Assembly (NCBI GenBank): GCA_964464115.1
Contig: CAYXEW010000005.1
Span: forward strand, 1 to 51,306
DNA from: an uncultured Verrucomicrobiota bacterium
GTDB lineage: Bacteria; Verrucomicrobiota; Kiritimatiellia; CAYTQP01; CAYXEW01
Direction: 5' to 3'
DNA: 51,306 bases
Shown here: piece after piece, positions 1 to 9,427 of the stretch
How positions within the stretch are numbered: position 1 is the stretch's first letter
How the letters are laid out: each line of letters opens with the position of its first letter
Made by a program: the position numbers and the translations under genes
Notes under the pieces: generated by a model
Seen by the model: the letters and a program-made list of their open reading frames with translations, nothing else
Databases searched by the model: none
What the model was told of the DNA's origin: nothing

Positions 1-64
1 ATGACACCGGCGTCATCTGTTTCTTTCTGTGATAGCTTGCCGACAAACACAATTTCAGAACTCC

Positions 65-532
65 TTACCCCGAGGAAGTTGAAGTGACGCCATTTTTCTG
101 TTTTGCGGAGCCGACGAAGTCGTAGACGAGCCTTAGATCGGTTCCCGGATAGATAATCTCAGCAGCGTTGAGATGCTCTAAAAGTTTGCTCATAGCCTGA
201 TCGGCGGCGGGCCTGGAGCCGCGATGCACGCTCACGAGCAGACGGTGGTTTTCGTGGTCGGGAAAGATGTCGGCCTCAGTGGCAAAGAGATCTTGTAACA
301 AGCGTCGGGCGGCAGCCGTATCGATAGCTTGTCCGGTCATAAGCGTGGCCATGGCCGTCTCGGCGCGATAAGCAATCATGCGGATGCTGTCCATCAGCCG
401 TTTGCGCCCGACGGCGGGTTTCTTGAAACGATCCTGCTCGTCCAGCTGATCCCAGTAGATATGCTTGTCCGTATCTTTGAGCCGAGCTTTCAGATCCGCA
501 AGATCTTGCTCGAAAGCTTGGATTTCTTCCAA
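65..532 (-). pseudogene. C-terminal fragment of a transposase-like protein (family not assignable without a search)
   Basis: The 155-aa ORF starts at a TTG. The frame stays open upstream only to a TGA at 602-604 with no ATG, so the N-terminus (..TLWEKRKAALLEEIQAFEQDL..) looks like the middle of a larger protein. The tail ..ADIFPDHENHRLLVSVHRGSRP..LLEHLNAAEIIYPGTDLRLVY resembles C-termini I associate with IS transposases (recollection only). Confidence 0.35.
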
Positions 533-805
533 GAGTGCGGCCTTCCTTTTCTCCCACAGGGTGACCTTTGATGGCTCCTCCTGCGTTGCGGGGTGCAGTC
601 GTCAACGACATTTTTACTTTCCCTTCAACGACAATTAAACTTCCCTAGTTCGGGGTGTAATAACTATAGCTGATTAATCTTCCTTTCCTGTAAAAGGGTC
701 AGCCCGCACTTTGCAACATGCTCGTTCGGATTTTCTTTGTCTGTCGCCCTTCATGACTATCAATTCTCTCAACAGCCCTTGTTATATTCATCCGGCACCC
801 CATAT

Positions 806-1027
806 TCAACATATCTGACCGTGAGTCAATATAGAGTGCTCCTTCAACAACCAGGCAACCGCTTGTTTCTTCAACTCGTTTTGCCGCATTGACCTTATAT
901 CCTCCTCAGTCACTTTCAACCGACTGAGAGCCGCGTTCAGCAATTCTCGCGCGCCTCTTTCGCCATGCTCAGTGCGTTGAGCTCCACGGAAGTTATCAGA
1001 ACCTTCTCCATCCAGCATGCTCAGCAT
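806..1027 (-). pseudogene. C-terminal tail of a REP-associated tyrosine transposase (RayT/IS200-like with DnaA-type HTH), catalytic domain missing
   Basis: The 73-aa ORF ..GARELLNAALSRLKVTEEDIRSMRQNELKKQAVAWLLKEHSILT.. matches the regulatory tail plus the start of the DnaA-like HTH seen in PVC-type RayT proteins. It stops inside the HTH and has no Y1 (HUH) domain upstream. REP-like palindromes lie next to it. Confidence 0.4.
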
Positions 1028-1178
1028 CCTGTCCCTGAACTCAGATCCACTCCAGTCCCCTCCTCATTTGCGTTTCTTTGCGCTCTCTCGCGGTTAAATA
1101 AGAAAAAGTTTCCAACCGTATATGAACCTGTCTGCGTGCGGCACGCACAGGCAGGCGTATATGCACATAGTTAAATCG

Positions 1179-1233
1179 GTTCCACCGCGAAGTAGCGGGA
1201 TGCCTGCTTGTTCAAAAATGGTCGCGGTGGAAC
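1179..1233. repeat. REP-like palindromic element
   Basis: Perfect 12-bp inverted repeat GTTCCACCGCGA (1179-1190) / TCGCGGTGGAAC (1222-1233) with a 31-nt spacer. A second small palindrome TGCGTGC-G-GCACGCA sits at 1133-1147. The region is non-coding and adjacent to the RayT-like remnant. Confidence 0.5.
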
Positions 1234-1399
1234 GCGACCCTCCACTCCTTTACATTTGTGTATACCTCATGATTTATTTAGTTGCTGCTTCAATGGACCT
1301 GTCCTTTAACCGCCACTATTTTTCATCTTTCACAAAATATTACGAAGAGCCCTATCTTTCTGATTTTGATCGGGAGATTAAGCGGCTGGAAGGCGGCAA

Positions 1400-1651
1400 A
1401 TGAACTTCCGAGTAGCAGACACCTTTACCGATAGCCTCGCCAAGCTAACGGGGGATGAGCAGAAGGCCGTCAAGACGACGGCATTTGATCTGCAGATGGA
1501 TCGGGCCGAGGATAAGAAATTTTGGTCGGTCCGGGTCAGTAGCGATTTGCGCATGATCGTCATTGCACAGATGTCAGCCTGGTGTTGTGTTCTGTCCACT
1601 ATATTTCTTTATTTGCGGCTTTGCCTCGCCAGTTTATCCATGATTGAATGA
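1400..1651 (+). pseudogene. Degraded N-terminal RelE/ParE-like module of the kind found at the start of some superfamily-1 helicases
   Basis: MNFRVADTFTDSLAKLTGDEQKAVKTTAFDLQ..DKKFWSVRVSSDLRMIV matches a conserved N-terminal module I recall from UvrD-type helicase/toxin-like proteins. About 12 residues appear deleted after DLQ, and the sequence turns into nonsense after about residue 55. No helicase domain follows because rph starts at 1670. Confidence 0.4.
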
Positions 1652-1669
1652 GTCAGGAGAATTTGAGTT

Positions 1670-2419
1670 ATGGAAAATGTTGATTTAAACAAGTTGCGCA
1701 ACGATATGCGTAAGGCAGATGAGTTGAGACCCGTTGTCATGGAGGCGGGCATTGCTCCATCTTCCTCCGGTTCGGTGCTTATTAAAATGGGTAATACTGA
1801 AGTGATTTGTGCTGCCAGTGTGGATGAGAATATTCCCCGCTGGATGCGTGCGCAGAATGTGCAGGGTGGATGGCTGACCGCCGAGTACCGCATGCTTCCC
1901 TATGCCACGGATCAGCGCAAACAACGGGCCTCTGCGGTCGGTAAAATAGATGGACGGACTCAGGAAATACAGCGTTTGATCGGCCGTTCGCTGAGGGCGG
2001 TTGTAGACCTAAAGAAGCTCGGCCCTCGTACTGTTTGGATCGATTGCGATGTCTTGCGGGCCGATGGCGGCACGCGCACGGCCTCGGTCACAGGTGCCTA
2101 TGTCGCAATGCGGCTGGCAGTTGATCAGCTTCTGAAAGATAAAAAGCTGGCGGTCGATCCGATACTGGACAGTGTGGCTGCCGTCAGTGTCGGTATTATT
2201 CATGGTCAAACACTGCTGGATCTATGCTATACGGAAGATTTTGAAGCGTCCGTCGATATGAATGTGGTGATGACCGGTAACGGGCGGTTTGTAGAGGTTC
2301 AGGGTACCGCTGAAGAGAGCCCTTATACACAGGCAGAGCTGGATGCTATGACTGCTCTCGCAGCTAAAGGTATCCGGGAATTGACGGTGATGCAGAACAA
2401 AACGGTTCAGGCAGGGTGA
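1670..2419 (+). CDS. rph: Ribonuclease PH
   Basis: Motifs ELRPV..GSVLIKMGNTEVICAASV, GWLTAEYRMLPYAT, GRTQEIQRLIGRSLRAVVD and DCDVLRADGGTRTASVTGAYVA. AGGAG lies 10 nt upstream of the ATG at 1670. An alternative ATG at 1706 has no SD. Confidence 0.95.
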   Translation: MENVDLNKLRNDMRKADELRPVVMEAGIAPSSSGSVLIKMGNTEVICAASVDENIPRWMRAQNVQGGWLTAEYRMLPYATDQRKQRASAVGKIDGRTQEIQRLIGRSLRAVVDLKKLGPRTVWIDCDVLRADGGTRTASVTGAYVAMRLAVDQLLKDKKLAVDPILDSVAAVSVGIIHGQTLLDLCYTEDFEASVDMNVVMTGNGRFVEVQGTAEESPYTQAELDAMTALAAKGIRELTVMQNKTVQAG

Positions 2420-2483
2420 TGGTGTTCATGCCGACTGTATGAGGTTTTGCCACTCCGCCCAGGACGTGGCGGCATTAGTCATG

Positions 2484-2630
2484 TCATTTCCTGATAAAGT
2501 CGTTCAGGTTCTTTTGTACTTTGTCCAGGATGTCTTTTTTAAAGTCTTCCGGCACGGTATAGTGGTGGGTGTGTTCTAGTTCCTGAAATACGCGCTGTGC
2601 TATTTCGTATGCAAAATCTTCCAGTTTCAT
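2484..2630 (-). CDS. Possible 48-aa small protein (below the ORF-track cutoff)
   Basis: My own translation of the minus strand gives MKLEDFAYEIAQRVFQELEHTHHYTVPEDFKKDILDKVQKNLNDFIRK*. It begins 13 nt after the stop of the 224-aa gene on the same strand. It is helical and charged, with no recognisable family. Confidence 0.2.
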   Translation of the reverse strand: MKLEDFAYEIAQRVFQELEHTHHYTVPEDFKKDILDKVQKNLNDFIRK

Positions 2631-2642
2631 CAGCCGTTTATG

Positions 2643-3317
2643 TTAGAGCTGCGTTGCCAGGAAATAGACGAGTACCGCCGAGGTCGCCACGGCAATGATC
2701 AGCAGTACGGCCAGCCCGGCCGGGGGTTCTTCTTCCTGCACGGCGCTCAGGTTCGGTGTTACCGTCATCATGGGGGGGGCTTCTTTTCTATTGGCCATTT
2801 TGAGATTGCCCTCTGCGCGCTCGGGGCTTGCTGTGGCGGACTGCCTTATTTGGCTCGTCTTGTTTTGTGAGCCGGCCTGTCCCAGAATACCGGTGGTCGT
2901 GCTAATTTTGCTGGTTGCACTCTTTGCCTCTTCGACGCTAATGCCTTTGACTTCCATGGTACCCACCGTAGACGGCGCTTTTTTAACGGTATCTTTAGTG
3001 AGGCGAATAGTGCCCGGTTTTTTCATCCCCGCCGTCGATTCTTCTTTTGGCTTGATATGGTTTCTGGTGATTTCTTCCACCATCGACAAATCAATAGGCA
3101 TGGTTTGATGTTTGGCCGTTTCTAATTGTTCTTCCGTGGGTTCGAAGCTGGAGAGGTCAATTGAAGAGGTATCTTTTTTGGCATCTTCGGCGTCGGCTCT
3201 GGTAGAGGTCTCCGCGGCATCTGTTTCTGCGAGGTCTATGCGAATGGGGGGGATTTTAGCATCCTTCTCATCCACAGATAAATTCGGCTTGTTTTTGTCA
3301 CTCATGTCTGCTGTCAT
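2643..3317 (-). CDS. Hypothetical tail-anchored membrane protein, largely disordered
   Basis: 224 aa, acidic/Ser/Thr/Lys-rich with low complexity. There is a single C-terminal TM helix (PPAGLAVLLIIAVATSAVLVYFLATQL) and recurring IDL motifs (IRIDLAE, SSIDLSSFE, MPIDLSMVE). Confidence 0.6.
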   Translation of the reverse strand: MTADMSDKNKPNLSVDEKDAKIPPIRIDLAETDAAETSTRADAEDAKKDTSSIDLSSFEPTEEQLETAKHQTMPIDLSMVEEITRNHIKPKEESTAGMKKPGTIRLTKDTVKKAPSTVGTMEVKGISVEEAKSATSKISTTTGILGQAGSQNKTSQIRQSATASPERAEGNLKMANRKEAPPMMTVTPNLSAVQEEEPPAGLAVLLIIAVATSAVLVYFLATQL

Positions 3318-3365
3318 CGCCTAAACTCCTGATATGATCTGCGTGTAAGATAGTAGGTTGAAGGG

Positions 3366-6245
3366 GTGGGGTCAAAGAAAAATAGCGCAAACGTTTGGTT
3401 GGACACGATGCCTGCAATACAACGGTTTAAATGGGTGGTTTTGATTGGTGCTGTGATGTTGAGCTATCCAGCCTCCCTCGACGCCGCGTCAGAATGCTCC
3501 CTGCTGACATCGCGAGACAGAGTTGGTATTGAAGCGGCCTTGGGGCATCTCTGTATGACGGAGCGGGATTTTCAGTTTCACAAGGATGTCGCCGATGCGT
3601 GTGATTCCCTGTGGACCATGCGCGAGATACTGCATGATCCAGTCGTGCTGACGGAAACGGCAGCCTACGTCGAGCGTGCGTTATCCAGCACCAACGGTGA
3701 GGATTTACTGATGACGGCCGCCCGGTTGCTGGAGTTTACACCGCTGGAACGCGCCCCTGTTGTTCGGGGGACTCCCGTTGCCGCGTTGCAGGATTATGCC
3801 GAATGCCCGGCCGAACTCAGGGTTGCGCTTGCGGCCTTTCTCCAAACAGCTCAGGCCGTTAAGGTACAGGCGAATGCGGCCTGCTCTGCTCTGACAACAA
3901 CGGACCGGCACTATCTCGCTGCAGCTGAATGGGGCAGCGTATTCAGGGTGGAAGACGTGCCGACCGTTCGCGAAAAACTTCTCGGCGCCGGCTTGAGTGG
4001 CGCGGCCATCGACACCTCTATCAGGGAAAGCTATGCTCTGGATCCCGAACCCTCTGCGCGTAAGAGAATAGACCTCTCAAATCGTGTGCAAATGCGTGAT
4101 TTACTGCAGGCCTCCGTATGGTACTGGCAGGCGCTGCAGGATCTCGCGGACCGTCTGTCTGCTTTTGATGAGTGGCCTGCGTCTCCTCTCGTGCTGGATA
4201 CAGAGGCGGGGCGGGTGGTGATCGGGACGACGGGCGCAGACACGTACAGGGATTCAGCGCTTTTGATTCTCGATCCGGGGGGCGACGATCTGTATACCGC
4301 CCGGGCCGGAGTTGCGAGCAGCCTGATCGATACACCGGTAGCGGCCATTATTGATCTGGATGGCAATGACCGCTATCAGTCTGAAGAACTCCTGGCCGCC
4401 GGTTCGGCTTTTATGGGCATTGCCATGGTGCTGGATGTCCGCGGTCATGACAGCTACACGAGCTCTTATGCGGGAAGTGCTTCCTCTTTTTGGGGTGTGA
4501 GCATGCTGGTTGATAGCGAGGGGGACGATGTTTATCGCGCCCGCGCGCTTTCACAGGGATATGCTTTTTATGGCGTCGGCCTGCTGCTGGATGTTGCCGG
4601 ACGGGATCTCTATGATGTCGGGTTTCTCGGGCAGGGCTGTGCCGGTTATCGCGGGGTAGGAGCGCTCCTCGACCACCATGGCAATGACAGCTACAGTGCC
4701 GGCGGAGTGGAGCCGGATTTCCATCGTGGGCCGGGCCGCTTTCTTTCGTTGGCCCAGGGTTTTTCGATAGGCATGCGCCCTTTTGCGGGTGGCGGGTATG
4801 GGGTGCTGTTGGATCGTGAGGGCTGTGATAGCTATCGGGCCGATATCTACGGGCAGGGTGCAGGGTATTGGTATGCTGCAGGCATGCTGCTGGATCAGAA
4901 GGGAAATGACCATTACCACGTACATCAATATGGTCAGGGAGCCGGTATACATTTGAGCGGCGGTCTGCTGGCGGATGGCGGTGGCGATGACGTGTATAGC
5001 GGCTACAGCCTGGCACAGGGTGCGGCCCATGATTATGCGGTGGGTATGCTGCTGGAAGGGGGCGGCAACGACACGTATACGGCGGATCATCACGCGCAGG
5101 GGCGCGCCATGAATAATGCATTGGCGCTCTTAATTGACCGCGGCGGGCGCGACACCTATTTTGCGCGCCGCCATGATCAATGCCAGGGCATGGGCAATGA
5201 TGGGGGAGAACGCGAATACGGCAGTCTGGCTATGTTGCTGGATCTCGACGGCCTCGATTACTATTCGGGGGGGGCTTCGAATGCCAGCCGCCGGCTTAAC
5301 CCTGACTACGGCATCGTACTGGATGCCTCGATGGCGACGGGTCTTTTGTATAACTCAACCCTTTTTTCTGATCGGAACAAACCCGTTATACCGCCCGCTG
5401 TATCGTTGGATGTGCAGAAAGATGAGCGCCCCGCAACCCAGCCCGCAGCGACCGTTTCTTTTCAAAGTGCCGCATACGATCGGGCGCTGATGGATGAGCT
5501 TATGTTTCATGCATCCCGCTATCCTTCCACGCCGGAAAAGCGCCGGAAAAAAGACGAGTCCAAAGAGAAGCTTTACGCGCACGAATCTCGGGCCCTGGCC
5601 TATTTGGTTGACCAGACCTCTTTAGATAACCTGTGGATGCATGTGTTTGCATTTGAACTCAACCGCTTATTGGAAGCTGAGGACTGTGTCCCCGTGCTGC
5701 TCAAGGCCCTTCAATCCCCCCGTTCCCGCGTGAGAAAAACGGCTCTGTATTTTCTGGGCTTTCATGAGACACCAGAACACGCTGAACGAGTGCGGCCTTT
5801 TCTCAGTGATATAAAGTGTGCCGGCGCCGCGCTGCGGACACTGGGAAAATGGCAGTACACCAATGCCGTCGAAGAGGTGTTGCGCTTTGCAGATGACGAT
5901 GATGAACGCCGCCGCGTTCTGGCGGTAAACGCCTTGGGCTCCATCGGGGCTCCTTCCTGTGTAGAGCCGCTGATTCAGAAACTGGAAGACCCCTTTTTTA
6001 CCGTTCGTGAGCGTGCCCGCTGGGCGCTTCAACAATATGGAACGGCCATTGAAAGAGACCTGTTGCGCCATCTCCCCGAAAGCGGAGGAATTAAACGCTG
6101 CCATCTCGTGCGCCTATTGGCCGAATGCGGTACCGAAAGGAGTCTCACACCGCTTCAGGATCTGTTGACATCCGAAAATGACGACTTAAAAAGAGATATT
6201 CAGACAGCCCTCTCGATGATTCGAGACCGCCGTGGTGGCGACTAA
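3366..6245 (+). CDS. Secreted repeat protein: 13 x G-x-D-x-Y (~26-aa) predicted beta-solenoid plus C-terminal HEAT/PBS-lyase-type repeats
   Basis: The ORF opens at GTG 3366, but ATG 3408 gives a cleaner signal peptide (MPAIQRFKWVVLIGAVMLSYPASLDA). The repeat block spans about 4233-5265. The HEAT-like tail is ..RVRKTALYFLG..VLAVNALGSIGAPSCVEPLIQKLEDPFFTVRERARWALQQYG... Confidence 0.85.
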   Translation: MGSKKNSANVWLDTMPAIQRFKWVVLIGAVMLSYPASLDAASECSLLTSRDRVGIEAALGHLCMTERDFQFHKDVADACDSLWTMREILHDPVVLTETAAYVERALSSTNGEDLLMTAARLLEFTPLERAPVVRGTPVAALQDYAECPAELRVALAAFLQTAQAVKVQANAACSALTTTDRHYLAAAEWGSVFRVEDVPTVREKLLGAGLSGAAIDTSIRESYALDPEPSARKRIDLSNRVQMRDLLQASVWYWQALQDLADRLSAFDEWPASPLVLDTEAGRVVIGTTGADTYRDSALLILDPGGDDLYTARAGVASSLIDTPVAAIIDLDGNDRYQSEELLAAGSAFMGIAMVLDVRGHDSYTSSYAGSASSFWGVSMLVDSEGDDVYRARALSQGYAFYGVGLLLDVAGRDLYDVGFLGQGCAGYRGVGALLDHHGNDSYSAGGVEPDFHRGPGRFLSLAQGFSIGMRPFAGGGYGVLLDREGCDSYRADIYGQGAGYWYAAGMLLDQKGNDHYHVHQYGQGAGIHLSGGLLADGGGDDVYSGYSLAQGAAHDYAVGMLLEGGGNDTYTADHHAQGRAMNNALALLIDRGGRDTYFARRHDQCQGMGNDGGEREYGSLAMLLDLDGLDYYSGGASNASRRLNPDYGIVLDASMATGLLYNSTLFSDRNKPVIPPAVSLDVQKDERPATQPAATVSFQSAAYDRALMDELMFHASRYPSTPEKRRKKDESKEKLYAHESRALAYLVDQTSLDNLWMHVFAFELNRLLEAEDCVPVLLKALQSPRSRVRKTALYFLGFHETPEHAERVRPFLSDIKCAGAALRTLGKWQYTNAVEEVLRFADDDDERRRVLAVNALGSIGAPSCVEPLIQKLEDPFFTVRERARWALQQYGTAIERDLLRHLPESGGIKRCHLVRLLAECGTERSLTPLQDLLTSENDDLKRDIQTALSMIRDRRGGD

Positions 6246-6306
6246 TGCAGGTGGTGAACTTCAAGTGCCGGGTACGGGTTGATACGAGCCATGGCGGGGT
6301 CTTATT

Positions 6307-7692
6307 TTATGCTATATGCACCTGCAGATAAGAGCGAACAGCCAACTCATCGGCGGCAATCATTTCCTGTCGGGTCGGTTTTCCCTCCAAGGCATCCAGA
6401 ATCTCATGATGAGCTGCTCGCCCGATGGCCTGCTCAATCGCTTTATTGAATTTAGCCGGGTGGGCTGTCGCCAGGCAGATCATGGGCACCTTGCCAGCAA
6501 ACGGTTCCGCGGCATGCACTCCCACAGCCGTGTGAGGATCCAGGATGTAGTGGTGCTGTTCAAAGTACCTTCGAATGACAGCCAGTGTCGCTTCTGTATG
6601 GCCCCTCCCTGCAGTAATCACATCGTCGACCGCATCGCCATCGACTACCGGCACGCTCAGTTGACCGGTCGTCTTGAAGGCCTCCATCATACTCTCTACG
6701 CGCTTGCCGTCACAACCCGCTTTGTAAAACAAATAACGCTCAAAATTACTGGCTACCTGTATGTCCATAGAGGGACTCAGGGTGGGCACGACCTCGCCGG
6801 TACTGTATACACCGGTTTGAAAAAACCGGTACAGAATATCGTTCTCGTTCGTGGCCAGTACGAGGCGTTCAATCGGCAGTCCCATGCGTTTGGCGTAATA
6901 GCCCGCAAGAATATCGCCAAAATTACCGGTGGGAACGGAAAACTGTATCCGGTCCGATCCCGTCTGTTTCATGACCTGAAAAGCGGCATAAAAGTAGTAT
7001 ACAATTTGTGCCAGTACACGGGCCCAGTTCACAGAATTGACGGCCCCCAACTCATGGTGCGTTTTAAAATCGACATCGCTGAAAATGGATTTCATGATGG
7101 TCTGGCAATCGTCAAAAGTGCCGTTGACGGCCAGGTTAAACACATTGTCGTCGAGTACGGACGTCATCTGTTTTTCCTGCAGAGGACTTACCCGTCCGTC
7201 CGGATGCATAACAAAAATCCGGATACGATCACGTCCCCTGACACCTTGAATAGCCGCGCTTCCCGTATCGCCGCTGGTCGCCGCCAGGATATTGAGATCG
7301 CGGTCCTGTCGGGCCAGTATATAGCTGAACATGTTACCGAGAAACTGGAGGGCAATATCTTTGAATGCCAGCGTGGGGCCGTGAAACAGTTCTAGTATAT
7401 AGAGTTCCCCGACAGGAATGGTGGGGGCCACCTCGGGATGACGAAACGCCGAGTAGCTCTTTTCCACAATTGTTTTCAGCTCAGCATCAGGCACATCGCT
7501 GAACAGGCGTATGATCTCAAAGGCCAGGTCGGCGTACGTGAGGTCGGCCCACGTCGCCAGTGTATCGGAAACGTCGGGAATGTGGCTGGGTATGAGCAGC
7601 CCGCCGTCCGGGGCCAGCCCCGTCATGACGGCCTCCTGAAAACCCATGGGCTCCGTTCGGCCCCGCGTGCTGATATATTGAATAGATTTCAT
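6307..7692 (-). CDS. thrC: Threonine synthase (long form)
   Basis: YISTRG..GFQEAVMTGLAPDGGLLIP, the PLP lysine motif FHGPTLAFKDIALQ, and ATSGDTGSAA. Length 461 aa. Confidence 0.95.
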   Translation of the reverse strand: MKSIQYISTRGRTEPMGFQEAVMTGLAPDGGLLIPSHIPDVSDTLATWADLTYADLAFEIIRLFSDVPDAELKTIVEKSYSAFRHPEVAPTIPVGELYILELFHGPTLAFKDIALQFLGNMFSYILARQDRDLNILAATSGDTGSAAIQGVRGRDRIRIFVMHPDGRVSPLQEKQMTSVLDDNVFNLAVNGTFDDCQTIMKSIFSDVDFKTHHELGAVNSVNWARVLAQIVYYFYAAFQVMKQTGSDRIQFSVPTGNFGDILAGYYAKRMGLPIERLVLATNENDILYRFFQTGVYSTGEVVPTLSPSMDIQVASNFERYLFYKAGCDGKRVESMMEAFKTTGQLSVPVVDGDAVDDVITAGRGHTEATLAVIRRYFEQHHYILDPHTAVGVHAAEPFAGKVPMICLATAHPAKFNKAIEQAIGRAAHHEILDALEGKPTRQEMIAADELAVRSYLQVHIA

Positions 7693-7715
7693 CAGCTCAG
7701 TTTACGGTGCCAGAA

Positions 7716-9251
7716 TCAACCATCATTGGTTCCGTGTTCTTTAGTGCCGGTGATGCAGGCCGGTCGTATACCAACCTGTTTGCGCTTATCGAGCTCGTCA
7801 AAGATTCGGCGCAGCAACTCCTTGCCATGCTCATTTTTTTCCGGGTTGTCACTGTCGACCATTTTGTGGGCATAGTAGATGGCGTGGTGAATCTCGTATC
7901 CATTGAGATTCGGTATATCCTCGGGATCTTTATCCGTAAACTCAAAGCCGTAACGCCAGTCTTTGGGTCCCGGTACGACCATTTCTTTTTCCTCGGGCAG
8001 TTCGTAACCCTTTGTGGCCTCGGCCAGTTCGGCGAGCACCTTGCGGGTCTCTTCAATTTCATTGAGGCACCAGTTCCGGTTGAATTCACAGGTCACGCGC
8101 GGCGGCGGCGGCCAGCGGCCGTCGGAGTTGGCGGAATTGGTCATATGGAACCAGAAACGCTCCACCAGATCTTTGAACGTGTCGATATTCTCGGGCGCTT
8201 CGACAATCGGCTGGTATCGCTGCTTGTACTCGTCGCGGTTGGCCTGCAGCAGCGGCTCCCATGCGCGCGCTTCCGGGGTGTTAGCCCAGGCGCTCGCATA
8301 GGTGCGGTGCCAGGCAAAACCGTCTTCTACAAAGAAAGGTTCTTCGACCGGTTCAATTGTTTCACAGGCCTCCTTGAACGTGATCATGTCGCCCTCTTTT
8401 TTGACGGCGGCAATGAGTTTGTCCAGCTTTTCGCCGGCGGTCGGATCTTCCTTGAAGGTCTGCGAGTAATCGCCTTTGTATTTGATGAAGTAGTAACCGG
8501 TGGTGCCGCAGTACTCGGCATCATCGGCAATAATAACGGTGGCGCCCTCATCCCTGTCACCCGTCCACTGCTTCATGTTGTCGACAAATTCCTCGACCGT
8601 CGTACTGCCGCGGAAATAGGACAGGTATTTATTGATCAGCCGGTCCGAACGGCAAAAGCCGCCCATGCCGGGCACCACGTTTTTAAATGGGCGGTGCAGG
8701 AATTTGCAGTTGGGATCCAGGTCGTACCAGGGCAGGTGTCCGCCCCAGTTCATATCATGGGTGCGGTTTCGCTCCGTCCATCCGTAATCCCGGTCGTTAC
8801 AAACCATGTATGATTCGAAATCGAGAGAGAGGTATTTGACTCCGGCGCGTGCGAAGGCGTTGGGAACGTACTGTTTCCAGGTACATTCGGGGTTCCAGAA
8901 ACTTTCGGCCCGCTGCCCCAGATATTTTTCATAGGTCCGCTGGGCAAACTCACAGGACCAGTAACCGTCCTCTTCGGGGATGTTGGCCATGATCGGGTGC
9001 GAGTAGGGGGCACCCATGAATTCGCACTGTCCGGATTCCATGGCGGCCTTCAGTTTTTCGAGCACGTCGGGCGTTACGCTGGCCATCTGTTCGATCGTGT
9101 AGCCCGATGCTTCAAAGATGTATTTGGCGTCCGGATGCTTGGCAAAGCTGTCGAAAATCACTTCATAGGAAGACCGTATGACCCGCTCATAGCTCTCCGG
9201 TATCAGGTACGCGTAATTCAGGTTGGCGTGAAACAATGCTATGTACTTCAT
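7716..9251 (-). CDS. Glycoside hydrolase family 57-like protein
   Basis: GH57-type conserved regions: GQCEFMGAPYSHPIM, FWNPECTW (candidate nucleophile Glu) and IIADDAEYCG (candidate acid/base Asp). I place the start at ATG 9251 (MKYIALFHANLNY) because GGAG lies 6 nt upstream. The ORF track starts 12 codons earlier, at 9287. Confidence 0.7.
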   Translation of the reverse strand: MKYIALFHANLNYAYLIPESYERVIRSSYEVIFDSFAKHPDAKYIFEASGYTIEQMASVTPDVLEKLKAAMESGQCEFMGAPYSHPIMANIPEEDGYWSCEFAQRTYEKYLGQRAESFWNPECTWKQYVPNAFARAGVKYLSLDFESYMVCNDRDYGWTERNRTHDMNWGGHLPWYDLDPNCKFLHRPFKNVVPGMGGFCRSDRLINKYLSYFRGSTTVEEFVDNMKQWTGDRDEGATVIIADDAEYCGTTGYYFIKYKGDYSQTFKEDPTAGEKLDKLIAAVKKEGDMITFKEACETIEPVEEPFFVEDGFAWHRTYASAWANTPEARAWEPLLQANRDEYKQRYQPIVEAPENIDTFKDLVERFWFHMTNSANSDGRWPPPPRVTCEFNRNWCLNEIEETRKVLAELAEATKGYELPEEKEMVVPGPKDWRYGFEFTDKDPEDIPNLNGYEIHHAIYYAHKMVDSDNPEKNEHGKELLRRIFDELDKRKQVGIRPACITGTKEHGTNDG

Positions 9252-9427
9252 CTTATTCTCCAGTTTGTCATTTATGAAACGGTCCATAACTTAATTTACC
9301 GCCACCGCATGGCAACCTTTTTTTTAACATTACTGCACCGGCGAACAGGGTACCGTTCCCGTTTGCTGAAAAGGCTTTTTGATCTTTAGCGTGGATTATG
9401 CATGCGTTCAAAATGCTGTATTTTCAA

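Noticed and set aside
4411-5121. 236-aa His/Pro/Arg-rich ORF (and the 180-aa ORF at 4551-5093) antisense to the G-x-D-x-Y repeat block
   Set aside because: The periodic composition is the mirror image of the sense-strand repeats, and there is no independent start or RBS evidence.
6316-7395. 359-aa ORF antisense to thrC
   Set aside because: thrC on the opposite strand has unambiguous motifs, and the antisense product has no recognisable features.
7707-8813. 368-aa ORF antisense to the GH57 gene
   Set aside because: The reason is the same as for the other antisense ORFs. The GH57-type conserved regions are on the minus strand, and the plus-strand product is low-information.
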